A DNA stretch of 64,000 nucleotides. It comes from the human T2T-CHM13v2.0 reference genome, Homo sapiens. The stretch is from NCBI RefSeq assembly GCF_009914755.1, contig NC_060939.1; one strand, written 5' to 3'. The notes under the pieces are model-generated. The model was not told where the DNA came from, did not search any database, and saw nothing but the letters and a program-made list of their open reading frames with translations. The position numbers and the translations under genes are program-made. This document shows positions 49,052-64,000 of this stretch, in pieces (positions within the stretch are counted from its first letter, which is position 1; every line of letters begins with the position of its first letter).

Positions 49052-51391
49052 CGGACGTTCTCACCTCGTCTCCGATCTGGGACTTAGGCTGAACTCCACT
49101 GTCTTTGGCCCATCAGAGAAGAACGCCACATTTGTTGTGGTTAAAGTTTGGGAGCATCAAGGCATATGTATGAGGTATTTGCCATCTGTGGGTCAGATTT
49201 TAGGATCCTGCCTGTACTCTCCCAGGGCTGGAATGAGCTGTTTTCAGGCTGTGCTGGGAATAGATGCTTGGGGTAAGTGGGCTGATCACATCTTCAGCCA
49301 GGGCTGCCATGAGGGCAGTACTGATGCACGGTGATCCATTGGATGTTCCATATGAGGTTTATTCTAAGGAGGGAGGAGACCTACGAATGCTTGAAAAATG
49401 AATCAGGAAATATAAGACAGGTAATATAAGACTGGTCAGCCCGCCAAACTAGAGGGATAGAGTAGGTGAGAAGGCAGAAGTGAATGGAGGACTAGAAACA
49501 GTCCCGGAAAGGGAATGATTCCAGATCCATGCCTGCAAACATATCCCATCTGTCTGGGCACTCCTGTGTGCTGCTGGTATACCTTGTGGGCCTGGGTCTA
49601 TGCTCTCATCCATCCTGTTTATGCATTTGGTGACTTTTGGTTTGTTCCTGGTGTGACCTCTGAGTTCTAGTGTCTGAAGGCTTCCAATAACCTCTCCCCT
49701 CAGAAGGCCCAGGAAGGACCCCAGGCTTGCTCCTTTAGCAGGTAGGACTCATACTTGTCATCCCAAGGCTAGAGCTCAATGCAAACACACCAAGGTGGCA
49801 GGTGTGATCCTTGGATGCGTGCTGTGTAATGCTGCATCCCTAGCCTTGGCTTCCCTCCTAAACCCAGGCCCCCTCCTCATCAGTGCCCACTGCTGGTCCT
49901 GGGAGGGAGTGAAGAAAGTGAGGTGGACCAGTGCCATTCATCACCACCATCAGAAAACAATCTTAAGCTCTTTTGTTCACAAGCCAATAGTACTGTTTTT
50001 GGAATGAAGGATAGCTGCTGGTTTGGCTCTGTTGTAAGCCAGCAATAAGAGAATTAAAGGACTCATTAAGGTCCTCCAATGATGTAGACAAGTGCTCTCA
50101 GTGGTCATTCCCCATTAAAAGTGAATAAGACTATCAATCGAGTCAGATATTAGACTTGAGTTCCTTTCTCTAAGTGCAAAAGGGTGTTTTCTGGATCATG
50201 AAAACGAAATGCCCATTTCTCTTCAATCAAGTTAACACAAGGGACCTGTGGGGAGAGTCTTTCTGTTCTCGTGATGGAGGATTTGCTGAATTATCGCAGC
50301 TGAGTCTTTCTAAGGTTGTTTTCATCATAGATGCTGGAAGAGCCATTGCAGCTGCAGACACAATACAGGCAGGGGCTCTGTTGAGAGGCATATTCCCTTC
50401 TTGGTGGTGTAGGTTGGCGGGGCAAGAGAACAGGCCTGGGTGAGTGGGTCTGGCATGGAGGAGCCACACAATCCCTGGTTATTACCATGTATGTGCCAGG
50501 AACCAGGCCGAGCGTTTCCCACACCTTATTTCATTTTCATTCTCCTGGCAGCCCTGGGGGGCATTTTTACAAAGGGGGAAACAAACAGATACTTAGAAAG
50601 TTATCCTACCTGAAAATACAGCTACCCTGATCTGCCTCCCGGTTGTGCGGTGTTGGGGAGGACCTGGAAGGGATACTTTCTAGAAGCTGTCCAATGGGAA
50701 AGTACAAAGCTGGGTTTGCTTTGGAAAGGAGGAAGAGATAAAAGGAACAGCCCAGTGGGTGGAGTCAGCTGTGCCTAGGCAGAGGCACAAGTGTCGTGTC
50801 TGTCCCTGTGAGCATTCATTGTGTGGGAGCCCCAGCCAGTGACAAAGTAGAGGCAGCAGCCCTTCAATGGAGGGGACTGGAATGGGCAAGGCAGGTTGTC
50901 AGAACACTAGCTAAGACGGTTCAGAGCTGGGCTTCCTTCCCAGTGGGGAGTGGGAATGCTAACCAGGAAACCGAGACAGAAGCTTGCTTGAATAGACTTG
51001 TCAATGGGAAAGGGCTTATTAAACCTGAGACTCATGACTCCATGAGAGACCAGGGCTCAACCTGGGCTCCCCAGACACTGGGTCTATAATTGTATGATTT
51101 ATTGCAGACAACCTCTCATTATTCCCTGTGTCCTGATAAGGCAAGGCAGGGGCTGAGTGACTGAAGACAGGGTTGTTTTTTTTCCCAGTGTATTGAGAGC
51201 CAGAATTATTGAACTTCGGTGAGCTCTGCAGGACCTGCCTCAGATCTGCCATAAGGATGCTCTCCCTCAGACTTCTATATGGAGCCCATGGTCAGATTTT
51301 TGAACTTGGATGCATAAAAATGATTGGAGACTGAGCTGGCTCTGACATGTATTAACTGTGTGACCTTGGATAAGTCATTGTTTTCATCTTA

Positions 51392-51696
<305 letters not shown>

Positions 51697-51719
51697 TAGT
51701 CCACAAGGCTTATTGATTT

Positions 51720-53230
51720 AGGCAGATTCTAAAATGTATATGGAAAAGGAAAGAAAACGGAATAGCGCAAACAATTTTGGAATAAAACAAAAACAAACTT
51801 GCAAGATTCCTACTACCTGATTTTGAGACTTACTATAAAGCTAAAGTAATCGAGACAGCATGGTGTTGGAAAAATGATAGACACATAGATCAATGGAATA
51901 GAATAGAGTCCAGAAATAGACCCACACATATATGGTCAATTAGTTTCGACAAAGGTGTCACGGCAGTTCAATGGAGAAAGGATGGCCTTTTCAATGTTGC
52001 TGGAACAATTGGACATCTATATGCAAAAAATAAACCTTGAACCATACCTTGCCTCCTATACAATAATTAACTCAAAATGAATCACAGACATAAATGTAAA
52101 ACCTAAAACTAGAAAACTTCTAGAAGAAAACATAGGAGAAAATCTTTGTGACCCTGGGTTAGGCAAAACTTTCTTAAATAGGACACAGAAAGCAGGAATC
52201 ATAAAATAAAAAAAAAAAAGGATAAATTGGACTTCATCCAAATTAAAATCTTATGCTCTTCCAAAGACAGTGTTAAGGAAAGGAAAAGACAAGACAGTCT
52301 GAGAGAATACATTTGCAAAACTTGTACCTAAGAGAGGACTAGTATCCAGATGCTAACTGTGAGTAAAGAACTAGAATAAAGAACTCTTACAACTCAATAC
52401 TAAGAAAGCAAATAATCCAGTTTTGAAAACTGGGCAAAAGACGTAAGCAGACACTTAATAAACAGTATGGATAGAAAATAATCACTTGAATAGATGCTCA
52501 GCATCAGCGGTTATTAGGGAAACACAAAGTAAAATCACAAAGCCATAACCAGATACCACTCCACTCCTTTTGGAATGGCTAACCGTCTCCCTTCCCCAGT
52601 CTGACAGAGTGTTGTCAATGACATGAAAGTGGAGTTCTCATACACTGCTGCTGGGAATGCAAAGTGGCACTTTGGAAAATAGGCAGTTTCTTGTGAAGTT
52701 AAGCACACCTACTTTACCACCCAGCAATCCTACTGTTTGGTATTTACCCAAGAGAAAGGAAAATATACACCCATGCAAAAACCTGTAGGCAAATGTTTAT
52801 AGTGGCTTTATTCATAATCACCCCAAACTGGAAACAACCCATATGTCCGTCTCCTGGTGAATGGATAAAAAAAAATGGTGGCGAATTTATACATTGAAAT
52901 TCTGCTAATCCATAAAAAGGAAGAAACTGCTGATCTGCACAACAGCATGGGTGAATCTCAAGTGCATGATGCTAAGTGAAAGAAGCCGTATTTAAAAGGC
53001 TACATAATGTGGGATTCCATTCATGTGGAATTCTAGAAAAGGCAACTTTATAGGGATGGAAAACAGATCAGTGGTTGCAAGGGGCTGTGTGTGTGCAGGG
53101 AGCGCATTGCCTACTGAGGGACATGAGGGATCTTTTTGGGGTTATGAAATGTTCTGAATCTTGATCAGGGAGGTGCGTACATGATTATGTGCATTTGCTA
53201 AAATCCCTAGACCTACACATGGAAGTTGCA
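51720..53230 (+). mobile_element. Old L1M (MB/MC) ORF2 3' part and 3' UTR
   Basis: GATCAATGGAATAGAATAGAGTCCAGAAATAGACCCACAC...GCTAAGTGAAAGAAGCC. Confidence 0.88.
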
Positions 53231-54599
53231 GTTTTCGTAGGTCGAAAACAGTCCAAGAGCTGCAATTTCATGTGGTGTAACCTATGCATATCACATGAAG
53301 GTGATATAAGTGGCAAGGCTTAAGTGCATGAAAGTAGGTGGAAGTGCTTTGTAGTCCATAGTATGAGAAGGATGACATGCTGGTGGAGCCATTCAGCTGG
53401 GTGGGTGGGAATTCTCTATTCATCGCAGTGACAGATTTCCCCTGAACAGAGCCTGCTTATGCAAAAGCACCTTGCATGACTCTCTCCTAAACCATGTCCC
53501 TCTCCTGGAGGTGACCAGCTAGCCTCACTGGAGTTGAGGCATGAGTGTATTCCAGACAACACCATTCCCTTTGGATTCAAGCTTCACATCTCAGTGCCCT
53601 TTTGTCTGCCTGCCATCTCAGCTGCCAGTGGCATCCCATAGACGTTTCCTCTGAGCCGACAAGTAAAACGCCAATAATTCTCTGTCAGGCTGAAGCTACT
53701 CTTACAGCAAACCACTGAATGGTCATTTCAAAGGGGGCAAATAATAGAAGCTATCCTTAAAGCTCCCCTGACAGGAGAGATTTCAGAACACAGAGGGGTA
53801 TTATTGGGCTGTACCATGACTGGATGAACATTCAATGACAGGCATTACATGGCCGATGATAAAATCCCTAATGTCTCCGTGCTTTACCTCCTAGTGGATT
53901 TGATTCTTCCCTTGCAGACAAAGTCCCCATCAAGAACTGTTTCCTTTCATGAGGGTAGGCGGCTGCAGAGAGTACACTTTTGTCTTCAGAAAAATAGGTC
54001 CACTTTTGAACTACTTTTTTCAACATTGATAAAAAATGTTTTATCTCCCTTGAAGGGCGTCCTGCTTCGAGCTCAAGTTAGCTAGATTTGCCACACTGTC
54101 TGACTCCACCCAACTAGGCTGGTTCTTGAAGAATTTCTAACAGAAACCTCATATAAGGCAAAGAACAGACATGGCCAGAAAAGTTCTGCCCATCTTTAAG
54201 GCATTTTTCTTTATAGACTCATGAAAGTGTCTGAAGGATGTGGTCTCAGGAAGTAGAAAAGAGACCCCTGTTTTGATAAAGTAACTATTTTATCATATTT
54301 TAGGGAAAGGTTGAGAAAGAGACTCCGCAGGGCACCCTATTGCTTTTGCTTTCCATAGCTTCCACTAATTTTCTGTGAGGCCCTAGGACTTGAACAGATA
54401 TCTTATGGTTCTTATTTCACCAACCTGAAAGTTTCATAAGGTTGTGAGGTTTATTTACCTTGATATTCCCAGCATGTAGCATAGTACTTGGAATATAGTA
54501 GGAGAGAAAAGGAAATTTCTGTTTATTGAGCATCTACTATATTCTTGGCCCTGGGGGAGATGCTTTATCTGCACATGCTTGTGTGTCTATAGATGTAAG

Positions 54600-55095
54600 G
54601 GTGTTGGTGGGCTATTGCAAGAATGCTGCATAACAAGCTACCCCAAAATTCAGTTGATTAAAAAAGCCTCAATCATTTATCATCATTTACATTGTCTGGG
54701 GATTGGGTGATCTAAGTTGATCTGGGCTGGGTTTGCTTGGGTGATTCTTCTCATTGAGGGTCTGTGAGTTAGCTAGGATAGCCCTGTTTCAGGCTATAGT
54801 TGCTGGAGTGGCTCTGCTCCTTGTATTTCTCATCCTCCCCCTGGGACCAGCGGTCTAGCCGAGGCATGCTCTTCTCTTGGCAGTGGCGAAGGAACAAGAG
54901 AACAAGTGGAAACACACAAGGTCTCTGGCCTGTGTCAGGAATTGGTACATTGTCATGTTCACCTCATTCAGTTGGTCAGAGCAAGTTACATGGCCAAACC
55001 CAAAGTCAGAGGGCGGGGAAATATGTGGTTAGGTGTGGCTTCAAAGTCACATGGCAAGGCACAAGGGAGAAATGAAGATTGAAGCTAACAGTGCA
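54600..55095 (-). mobile_element. Old MLT1 (I/J-like) LTR
   Basis: TGCTGCATAACAAGCTACCCCAAAATTCAGT...GCAAGTTACATGGCCAAACCCAAAGTCA. Confidence 0.7.
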
Positions 55096-55313
55096 GTCTA
55101 GAGCAATATATTTAATATTAACAACAACCCTATGTGCTAAAGATGATACTATTCCCCATTTCACTGATGAGAAAACTGTGGTTAAGGTAGGTGAGACCCA
55201 AGTTTCAAAGACTGTTCTTTTTCGAGCACACCATGCTCTCCCTCTGAGGTGTTTCCTGGTGCTTAATAAATACATGTTGTATACATGTTAGTGAGTAAAA
55301 AGTCACAAGTCCC

Positions 55314-55598
55314 GGCCGGGCGCGGTGGCTCATGCCTGTAATCCCAGCACTTTGGGAGGCCGAGGCGGGTGGATCATCTGAGGTCAGGAGCTCGAGACCA
55401 GCCTGGCCAACATGGTAAAACCCCATCTCTACTAAAAATACAAAAATTAGCTGGGCATGGTGGCATGCACCTGTAATCCCAGCTGAGGCAGGAGAATCGC
55501 TTGGACCTGGGAGGCAGAGGTTGCAGTGAGCTGAGACATGCCACTGCACTCCAGCCTGGGTGACAGAGCAAGACTCCGTCTGGAAAAAAAAAAAAAAA
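55314..55598 (+). mobile_element. AluS with 12-bp deletion
   Basis: CCCAGCT|GAGGCAGG junction; TSD AAAAGT(CA/TG)CAAGTCC. Confidence 0.95.
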
Positions 55599-57159
55599 GT
55601 TGCAAGTCCAGCTGAAAGTTAAAAAAAAAAAAAAAAAAAATCCAGTCAGGGATCTCTTTTACCGAAGTAAATTTCAGCTTGTCTGAGGTTTTCCTTGTGC
55701 AGTTAATCTGGTTCTGTCATTCCCACATCCTGGCATTGTTCAGAGTTTAACCAGTTGGGCTGGGTTAGATTCCTGGTCATGCCCTGCTCCTCTGCTGTGT
55801 CTGGGGCAATCAGACAAGAAGCCACACAGAACGGGGCCCCCAGGCAGGAGGGACACCTCCTCCACTCCTTTTGCCAAAATGACCCTCTGATATCTAGAGC
55901 ACACAGGTGTGGCTGTGGATGGATTTTTTTAAATCAAAATTAATTATGCCATCATAAAGAAATGTGTCCTCTGGGTTAGCTGCCAAGTTCCCACATTATT
56001 TTGCCGACCTGGGATGGTCACGCAAACGGTTAGATTTTGTGTCTGTCCACACCGATGTACGTTGTGGGTAGGCAGATGGAGAAGCCCCAGAGGAGAAGGT
56101 AGGAAAGGCTCCTGGTGCCTTCAGGCTGTGAGCCCACTGAGGAGCTTGTCAGAGTTTGACAAGGAGATTTCCTAGAGACAGCAGAGCCAGCTGCTAGTGC
56201 AGTGTCAGTGATCCAGGAAGTGACATTCTCTCCTCTGAGTCAGCAAGGACCTCCACGGGGCGCCCTGTGGGAGTCTGCGTATTGCTAGATGCAGGCATCG
56301 TGTTTTCCTAGGAGCACAGTTGTTCCTCTGCCTACGTGGGGTCACCAGAAGACTCCTCTCAGCGTGGGTACCCACAGAAAAGTGAATGGACGCAGCTCAA
56401 ATCTCAGTATAGACTGGTGGGATAGGAGCATCTGGAAGTTGAGGGGTGGAGGAAATTTTAGGGGGTCCTATTTGTCTGGGGACCTCCAGCCTGTGCCACT
56501 AGAGCCATTGCCAATGTGTGAATAGTCACCTCTGACATCCTGACTGGATCTTAGGCAAATTGCTGCCCCACCCCACCTTCTGTCCCTCTCTGCATTCCTA
56601 TGAACTTAGTTCCCTGCAGTATTTCCAGGGCGGCTATGTGGCTGCCACGTGGCTGCCATCTTTCTCTTGGAGGATCGTGGTGGTCACGTCATTCAGAGTT
56701 GAGTAAAATGCCTGTTTTGGGGCGAGGGATGAAATGTGGTTTTGGAAAAATTTCTGAGCAATTTTGAAAATGTTGGTGGAAGAATGGGGCTATTGAAACG
56801 CCAGTCATCGTTATACACTTATTCCTCGCTGCCGCTTGTAATAATCCCTCCGAAGCTGAGGATGAAATTGGTTTCTCCGTGATCTCTCTTTCCACCCTGG
56901 GTGATCCCCATAGGATTCTTCACAAGGACGCAAATCTTTGTCGGGGTTCATTGGTGAGGTTCTCCTGGAGGAGGACGAACGGTTTTATTTCATTTCCAGT
57001 GTATTGCATTTTAGGAGGTGATCTATTGGAATAAGTGAAGGAAATGAGGAAGGAAGGAGGGAAGGAAGAAAGGAAATGGAGTTTCTTGAGTGCAGAACTG
57101 GTGTTTAACCCTTTCATGTCTATTGTCTCATGTCTATTGTCTCAGTTTTGGTTTATTCT

Positions 57160-57310
57160 TCCAGCAAACCTTTGAGGTGGGTACCCTGATGCTTATTTTA
57201 CAGATGAGGGGACTGAGACTTAGAGAGGTTACATAAATTCAGCTAGCCAGTAATCTGGTAAATCACAAGAGGAGTGGTTCAAATCTGAGTCTTTCTAAAT
57301 CCAAGCCTGG
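57160..57310. mobile_element. MIR
   Basis: TTTTACAGATGAGGGGACTGAGACTTAGAGAGGTT. Confidence 0.75.
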
Positions 57311-58289
57311 CTAATGTTTGCTTCTTCCTAGGGAGGACCTTTCCCCCTCACCGGCCTCCGCGGACCAGGCTTTTCTCCTTTCAGTCATTGAAACCACCCT
57401 GGCACAGCTGCTCCTCCTTCTGGACAAATGGTCGTGACTTTTTTCCTCCATCCTGTCTATGCTTTTCAATATTCGACTCCCCACATTTCCCCTGGAGTTA
57501 GGTTTTGGTCCTTGAGTACAGGAAAAACCATTATTCTCCTCTGTAGGTGGCCAAGGGATGCTTTTAACTAGCTTCTTTCCAGCCCCCAAGATTGTTTTTT
57601 CTGCTGCTCTCAGCCTTTTATTAGCAAAATCAAAATGATACTGAATAGCTCATTGTCTGTAATGGGGCCACACACAGCAGTTTAACCAACAGAACAGAAC
57701 TCTTGACCATGGAGGGCTTCTCATCCGGGCAGCCTGGATCCCCTAAAGCACAGGCCACAGGTATATGGATGCCCAAATTAAAGACCACACAAGTACACTT
57801 GGTAAATAAAGTATTTACACTATGTTCAGGCAAAGAAGCGAACAGTGTGGAGTTTATTCTGGAAATAAAATCACAAAGCTCATCATTCATCCAGCTCTTT
57901 TTCACAGGGGAATACAGCAAGAGAAAATGAAGTAATTTCACTGGAAAGCACACATTTAATTGCCTTTGCAAACTGGCCTTCAACCTGGCTTACTTTTCTA
58001 CATATTTCACGTCTGACATCTGCCCCTACCTGTTTTCTTATTCCAGCTTTTTCCGTAATAAGGGTGTCCAGAGGTTTAATTCCTGAGCCAACTCTTAGTG
58101 AGTGACAGGATGACTTCTAATATTTCTGACCTTTGTCCTATTGGGTTACCTTTGTGGCTGGTACCTCGTGTTCTACTGTCTTACGGGGACACCAAGTCTG
58201 CGTCCTCCTCCCTCCCTGCTGAGACATCTGCCTCGGCCTCTGCGTGGCCTTCTGCTTTTCCCCTCTTCCTTCCACTACTCCTTTCTTTG

Positions 58290-60251
<1,962 letters not shown>

Positions 60252-61046
60252 TAGTACAAGAACTGAGCTGGGAAGGTTGGTGCTGTTTTATAAGCAACTG
60301 GGAACATTCAAGGTTTATGAGGATGGGGCTGACTCTATGAATGGGGAAAAGGTGGAGTTGGTGGTGATGAGGTGTGGTGGGGTTGAATTGGGGAAATCAT
60401 ACACAGCTATCGTAATAGTTGAGGAAAAGAGAGTGAGTCTTGAGCTAGGAGACCGGTGTTGGGAATGGAAAGGAGAGGAGAGTTTCTGTGATAGAGTTCC
60501 TTTCCTCTGGGATTCCCAGCCTTTACATTAAAAACATCTCCAGACTTTAGCTTTTGTATCAAGCTGCCAGCTGCCTTGGAAATGATCCAAAGATAAGAGA
60601 CATGTAATTCCAGGCTGTGATGGGGGTTAATGGCCTTGTGTACAATAGAAGTCCCAGAAATGAGGTTTGGTCTCAGACAAAGGAAGGAGAGAAAATAACT
60701 CGAGTTATTATAAAAGAAAACATCTCAGAGTTAGATTAAGAAAGTGGGACAAGGTGGGATAATGAAGACTCTGCAAAGGAGTGCCTGGGAAGGAGGAGGG
60801 GCTGTGTGCTTCGGCAGAGGAAGAATAGATCCCTTGGATCTATTCCTGTATTTATATAGTTGATAAAGGGAATGCCTTTTAGAGAAGAAAATATTTAAGA
60901 AAAGATCCTGCTTGGTATAGAAGGTAAGATGTTGAAAGCATAGTTTATAGAGAGTCAAGACGCGAATTTCTTTGTATTATAAATAAATAGAAATTTGATG
61001 ATGTGGGCGTAAAGAAGAGAGGAGCAGAGAGAAGATCAGAGGGGAA

Positions 61047-61579
61047 TGTGGGGTAAATGCACCCAATAGCAATCATTTAAGCATACACTTAGAATGACCC
61101 TGCATGGCAGACACACCTGAATGTGTGTTCTGAGCTAGGGAATCTGGGAGTGGCCAACCCAGAGATTCATTCCTTATCCATGATGAACATCTGAGCCTAC
61201 AGCTTACCCCATGGAACACGGGCTGTATAGGGAATTGAAGCCCTGAGTTTTGGGTTAAATGAAGCTTGCCAGGTGGAGGTCATTACGCAGAGGGTGTTAA
61301 ATTAAAATGCTATATAAACTACATGTTATTTGCAGGTGGCTGTGGTTTTCCTGCCCAGCCCACTACCACTGGGCCGTAGATGAGATGGATATCTTGTCCA
61401 GCCCGCTGCCACTGGACCATTTCTGCAGGTAAGGGGGTCAAACCCACAGCCACTGGACCCTCTTCTCTGTAGGTAAGCTCCGTAATAAAGCCCTATGTCT
61501 CATGTGCTTGCTCTGGGTCTCTTCAGCCTCTTGAACCTGATGCCTTCTCTATTGAGGTTTACAGGGGTTCAGCACAATA
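61047..61579 (+). mobile_element. ERVL-class solo LTR (LTR47-like, name tentative)
   Basis: TG start, TATATAAA at ~61311, AATAAA at ~61484; 5-bp flanks GGGAA/GGGAG. Confidence 0.7.
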
Positions 61580-62325
61580 GGGAGGGGAAGGTGTCAGAGC
61601 ATTCTGGTGGGTTCTGGGGCTTTTAAGAATAGAGATGCTGCTACTCAGTTGGAAATGATTTGTATTTCTTTGATTGGAGCCCCTTTCCCTAGTGGCTTCA
61701 TGAAAGTGTACTACCTTCAAAATCCTAGTGGGATATATTTCATAAAACAGTAACCACAGATGTGCTGGGTCCCATATCCAGGTTGATGCCATGGGGCAAG
61801 GGACTCCCTGTGAGGATGGGTGAGGTTGTCCATCTGCTGACTTGATTCAGCTGCAGAACTTGAATCTAGAAGGGACCCTGAAATAAGCTTTTTAAGAACA
61901 CCCAGAAGTCATGGGGGAGGATCCTGGGTTTCCGCAGGTCAAGGAGTGAAGTTCTAGCTGGTAGTATCTGGTCCTTAAGTGTGGAGAGACCTCAGCTGGT
62001 GGCTGGATTACAGATCTGGGCTGTTCTGTTTTCTTCTGGGGTTTGGCTTGATTGTATATGGTGTACCAATTTGGAACGGCCACTACTCAATGCAGTGACC
62101 TCCAACCAGCTGAGCTCTGAAACTTGGGAATTCCTGGGCTGGCAAGGGAAGCCTGGATTCTGGGTCTGCTGTCTGTGGGTAAGAGTGTCAGGAGGCTGGA
62201 GCAGCAGGAGACGGTGCTGGCTGGCGCCGGTGTTCTGGGTCTTCCTTCCAAGCTGCAATCAGGATTCCTTTCCTGAGATTCCTCCGAATTGCCTGTCTCC
62301 AAAATGCATAAGATGTTTCTGAAAT

Positions 62326-62660
62326 CAGTGCTTCTCAAACTTTAATGCGTACCAGTGTCACCTGGATGGCTCATTAGAACCACGTGCTGAGCCCCTTCCC
62401 CAGAGGTCTGGAAGTGAGGCCTGACAATTTGCATTTCTAACAAGTTCTCAGGTGATGCTGATGCTGCTGGTCTGGAAACCACACTGAGAATCCCTGTCCT
62501 AGACCAGCATTTCTCACTTTACTGTGCACAGGAATTACTTGGGTTTCTTATTAAAATGCAGGTTCTAATTCAGTAGGTTTGGGGTGAGACCTGAGAATTA
62601 GCATTTTGACCAGCTCCCAGGTAAAGCTGATGTATAAGGACCACCCTTTGAGTAGCACCA
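62326..62660. mobile_element. Two tandem MER5A elements
   Basis: CAGTGCTTCTCAAACTTTAATG...GCATTTCTAACAAGTTCTCAGGTGATGCTGATGCTGCTGGTC, followed by a second copy. Confidence 0.85.
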
Positions 62661-62736
62661 CCCCCAGTCATGCTGCCTTTAGCCTCTGACTGGCTGAAGG
62701 TCAAATGTTTCTACTCCCCTAAGAATAAGTACTTCT

Positions 62737-63020
62737 GGCTGGACACAGTGGCTCATGCCTGTAATCCCAGCACTTTGGGAGGCTGAGGCAGGCAGATTGA
62801 GGTCAGGAGTTCGAAGCCAGCCTGGCCAATGTGGTGAAACCCCGTCTCTACTAAAAATACAAAAAAATTAGCTGGGCATGGTGGTGGGTGCCTGTAATCC
62901 CAGCTACTTGGGAGGCTAAGGCGGCAGAACTGCTTGAACTAGGGAGGCGAAGGTTGCAGTGAGCCGAGGTTGTGCCGCAGCACTTCAGTCTGGGCAACAG
63001 AGAGACTCTGTCTCAAGTGA
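62737..63020 (+). mobile_element. AluS, nearly tail-less
   Basis: TSD AAGAATAAGTACTT. Confidence 0.94.
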
Positions 63021-63842
63021 AGAATAAGTACTTTCATCCCAGCTGCTATTCTCAACTGCTTTGCAAGGGCGTGGTTGTCTCTTGGTCTGTGTGTATCTGC
63101 AATTCCCTGCTCAGTCTACCCCACACCACATCCCTGCTAGAAGCTGAGCTGCCCAGTCATCTGTGGGAGCACCTGTTCATCCCAACACAGTGCCACTGGG
63201 ACAGTTAAGCCTCGCCAGGCTCTGGCTCTCGCTGGCTGCTGGGCAGGCGTTCCTTCGTGTTCCCCAGGGCCCACTTTGCCCTCTCGATGCTGGCAGTGGC
63301 TGTCCCAAGTGCCAGCTGTTCTTTTGCCCTTGAAATCAGCCCTGTCCGGCTTCTGTCCTGGCTTCCCTGATGTCCCTGACCATTCCCAAATGACTGTATC
63401 CTGCAAAAATGAGTCTGCTATAAACTGGGCTGGCAGCTGCTCTGGCAGACGGGCAGGAGGAACTTGGAGACTGTTCAAAATAAGGAGGAGTTGAAAATTA
63501 GGAACCATAGGGAGATGGAAAGAGGAACGGGAGTTAATTTAATGCCTTAAGTGTAATACACTTTATATGAATTTATGCAGAATTTACATAAAAAAATCAA
63601 CCTAATATGTAGCACAAAGGCATTAGGGAAGGTTTCTTGTAGGATGAGACAGTAGAAAGGGAAGTGGGTTGGGATTCAGGAGAACCGAGTTCTAATCATA
63701 TTCCCACATTAGTCAAGAATCCACAGGCCTCAGTGTTCTCTTGCATAAGAAGGTTTGGATTAAACCACCTTTGAGCTACTGCATGTCTAAAAACCTCACT
63801 TATTATTAGAGGGATTATCAAGGAAGGCTGGGGAAATCTTTA

Positions 63843-64000
<158 letters not shown>

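Noticed and set aside
57115-57144. Perfect 14-bp tandem duplication CATGTCTATTGTCT x2; similar near 49410
   Set aside because: Ordinary slippage duplication

Overview
Human (AluYb8 present), repeat-dense, apparently intergenic or intronic DNA. I cannot support any protein-coding gene. The ORF-track hits I can assign are Alu, L1 ORF2 or minisatellite translations, and the rest look like chance ORFs. The window has about 43 Alu copies or remnants, several L1 fragments (one a twin-primed L1PA2/3), solo LTRs (MER50, MER34-like, MSTA, MLT1, ERVL-like), DNA-transposon fossils (MADE1, MER5, MER46-like, MER81/94-like), L2 and MIR. Repeat families were assigned from remembered consensus sequences, not an alignment, and most boundaries are approximate. 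Best leads: (1) a 9-unit higher-order minisatellite (20039-20360) of YY1-like motifs whose variants look like opposite-strand CpG decay; (2) this array lies inside a divergent set of five CTCF motifs (two reverse, then three forward) that includes a small orphan CpG island, suggesting a chromatin boundary; (3) a ~580-bp poly(A)-bracketed non-repeat insert splitting an MSTA LTR, resembling an orphan L1/SVA 3' transduction carrying a splice acceptor and terminal-exon-like sequence; (4) repeated reuse of L1-endonuclease target sites. All functional readings are inferences.
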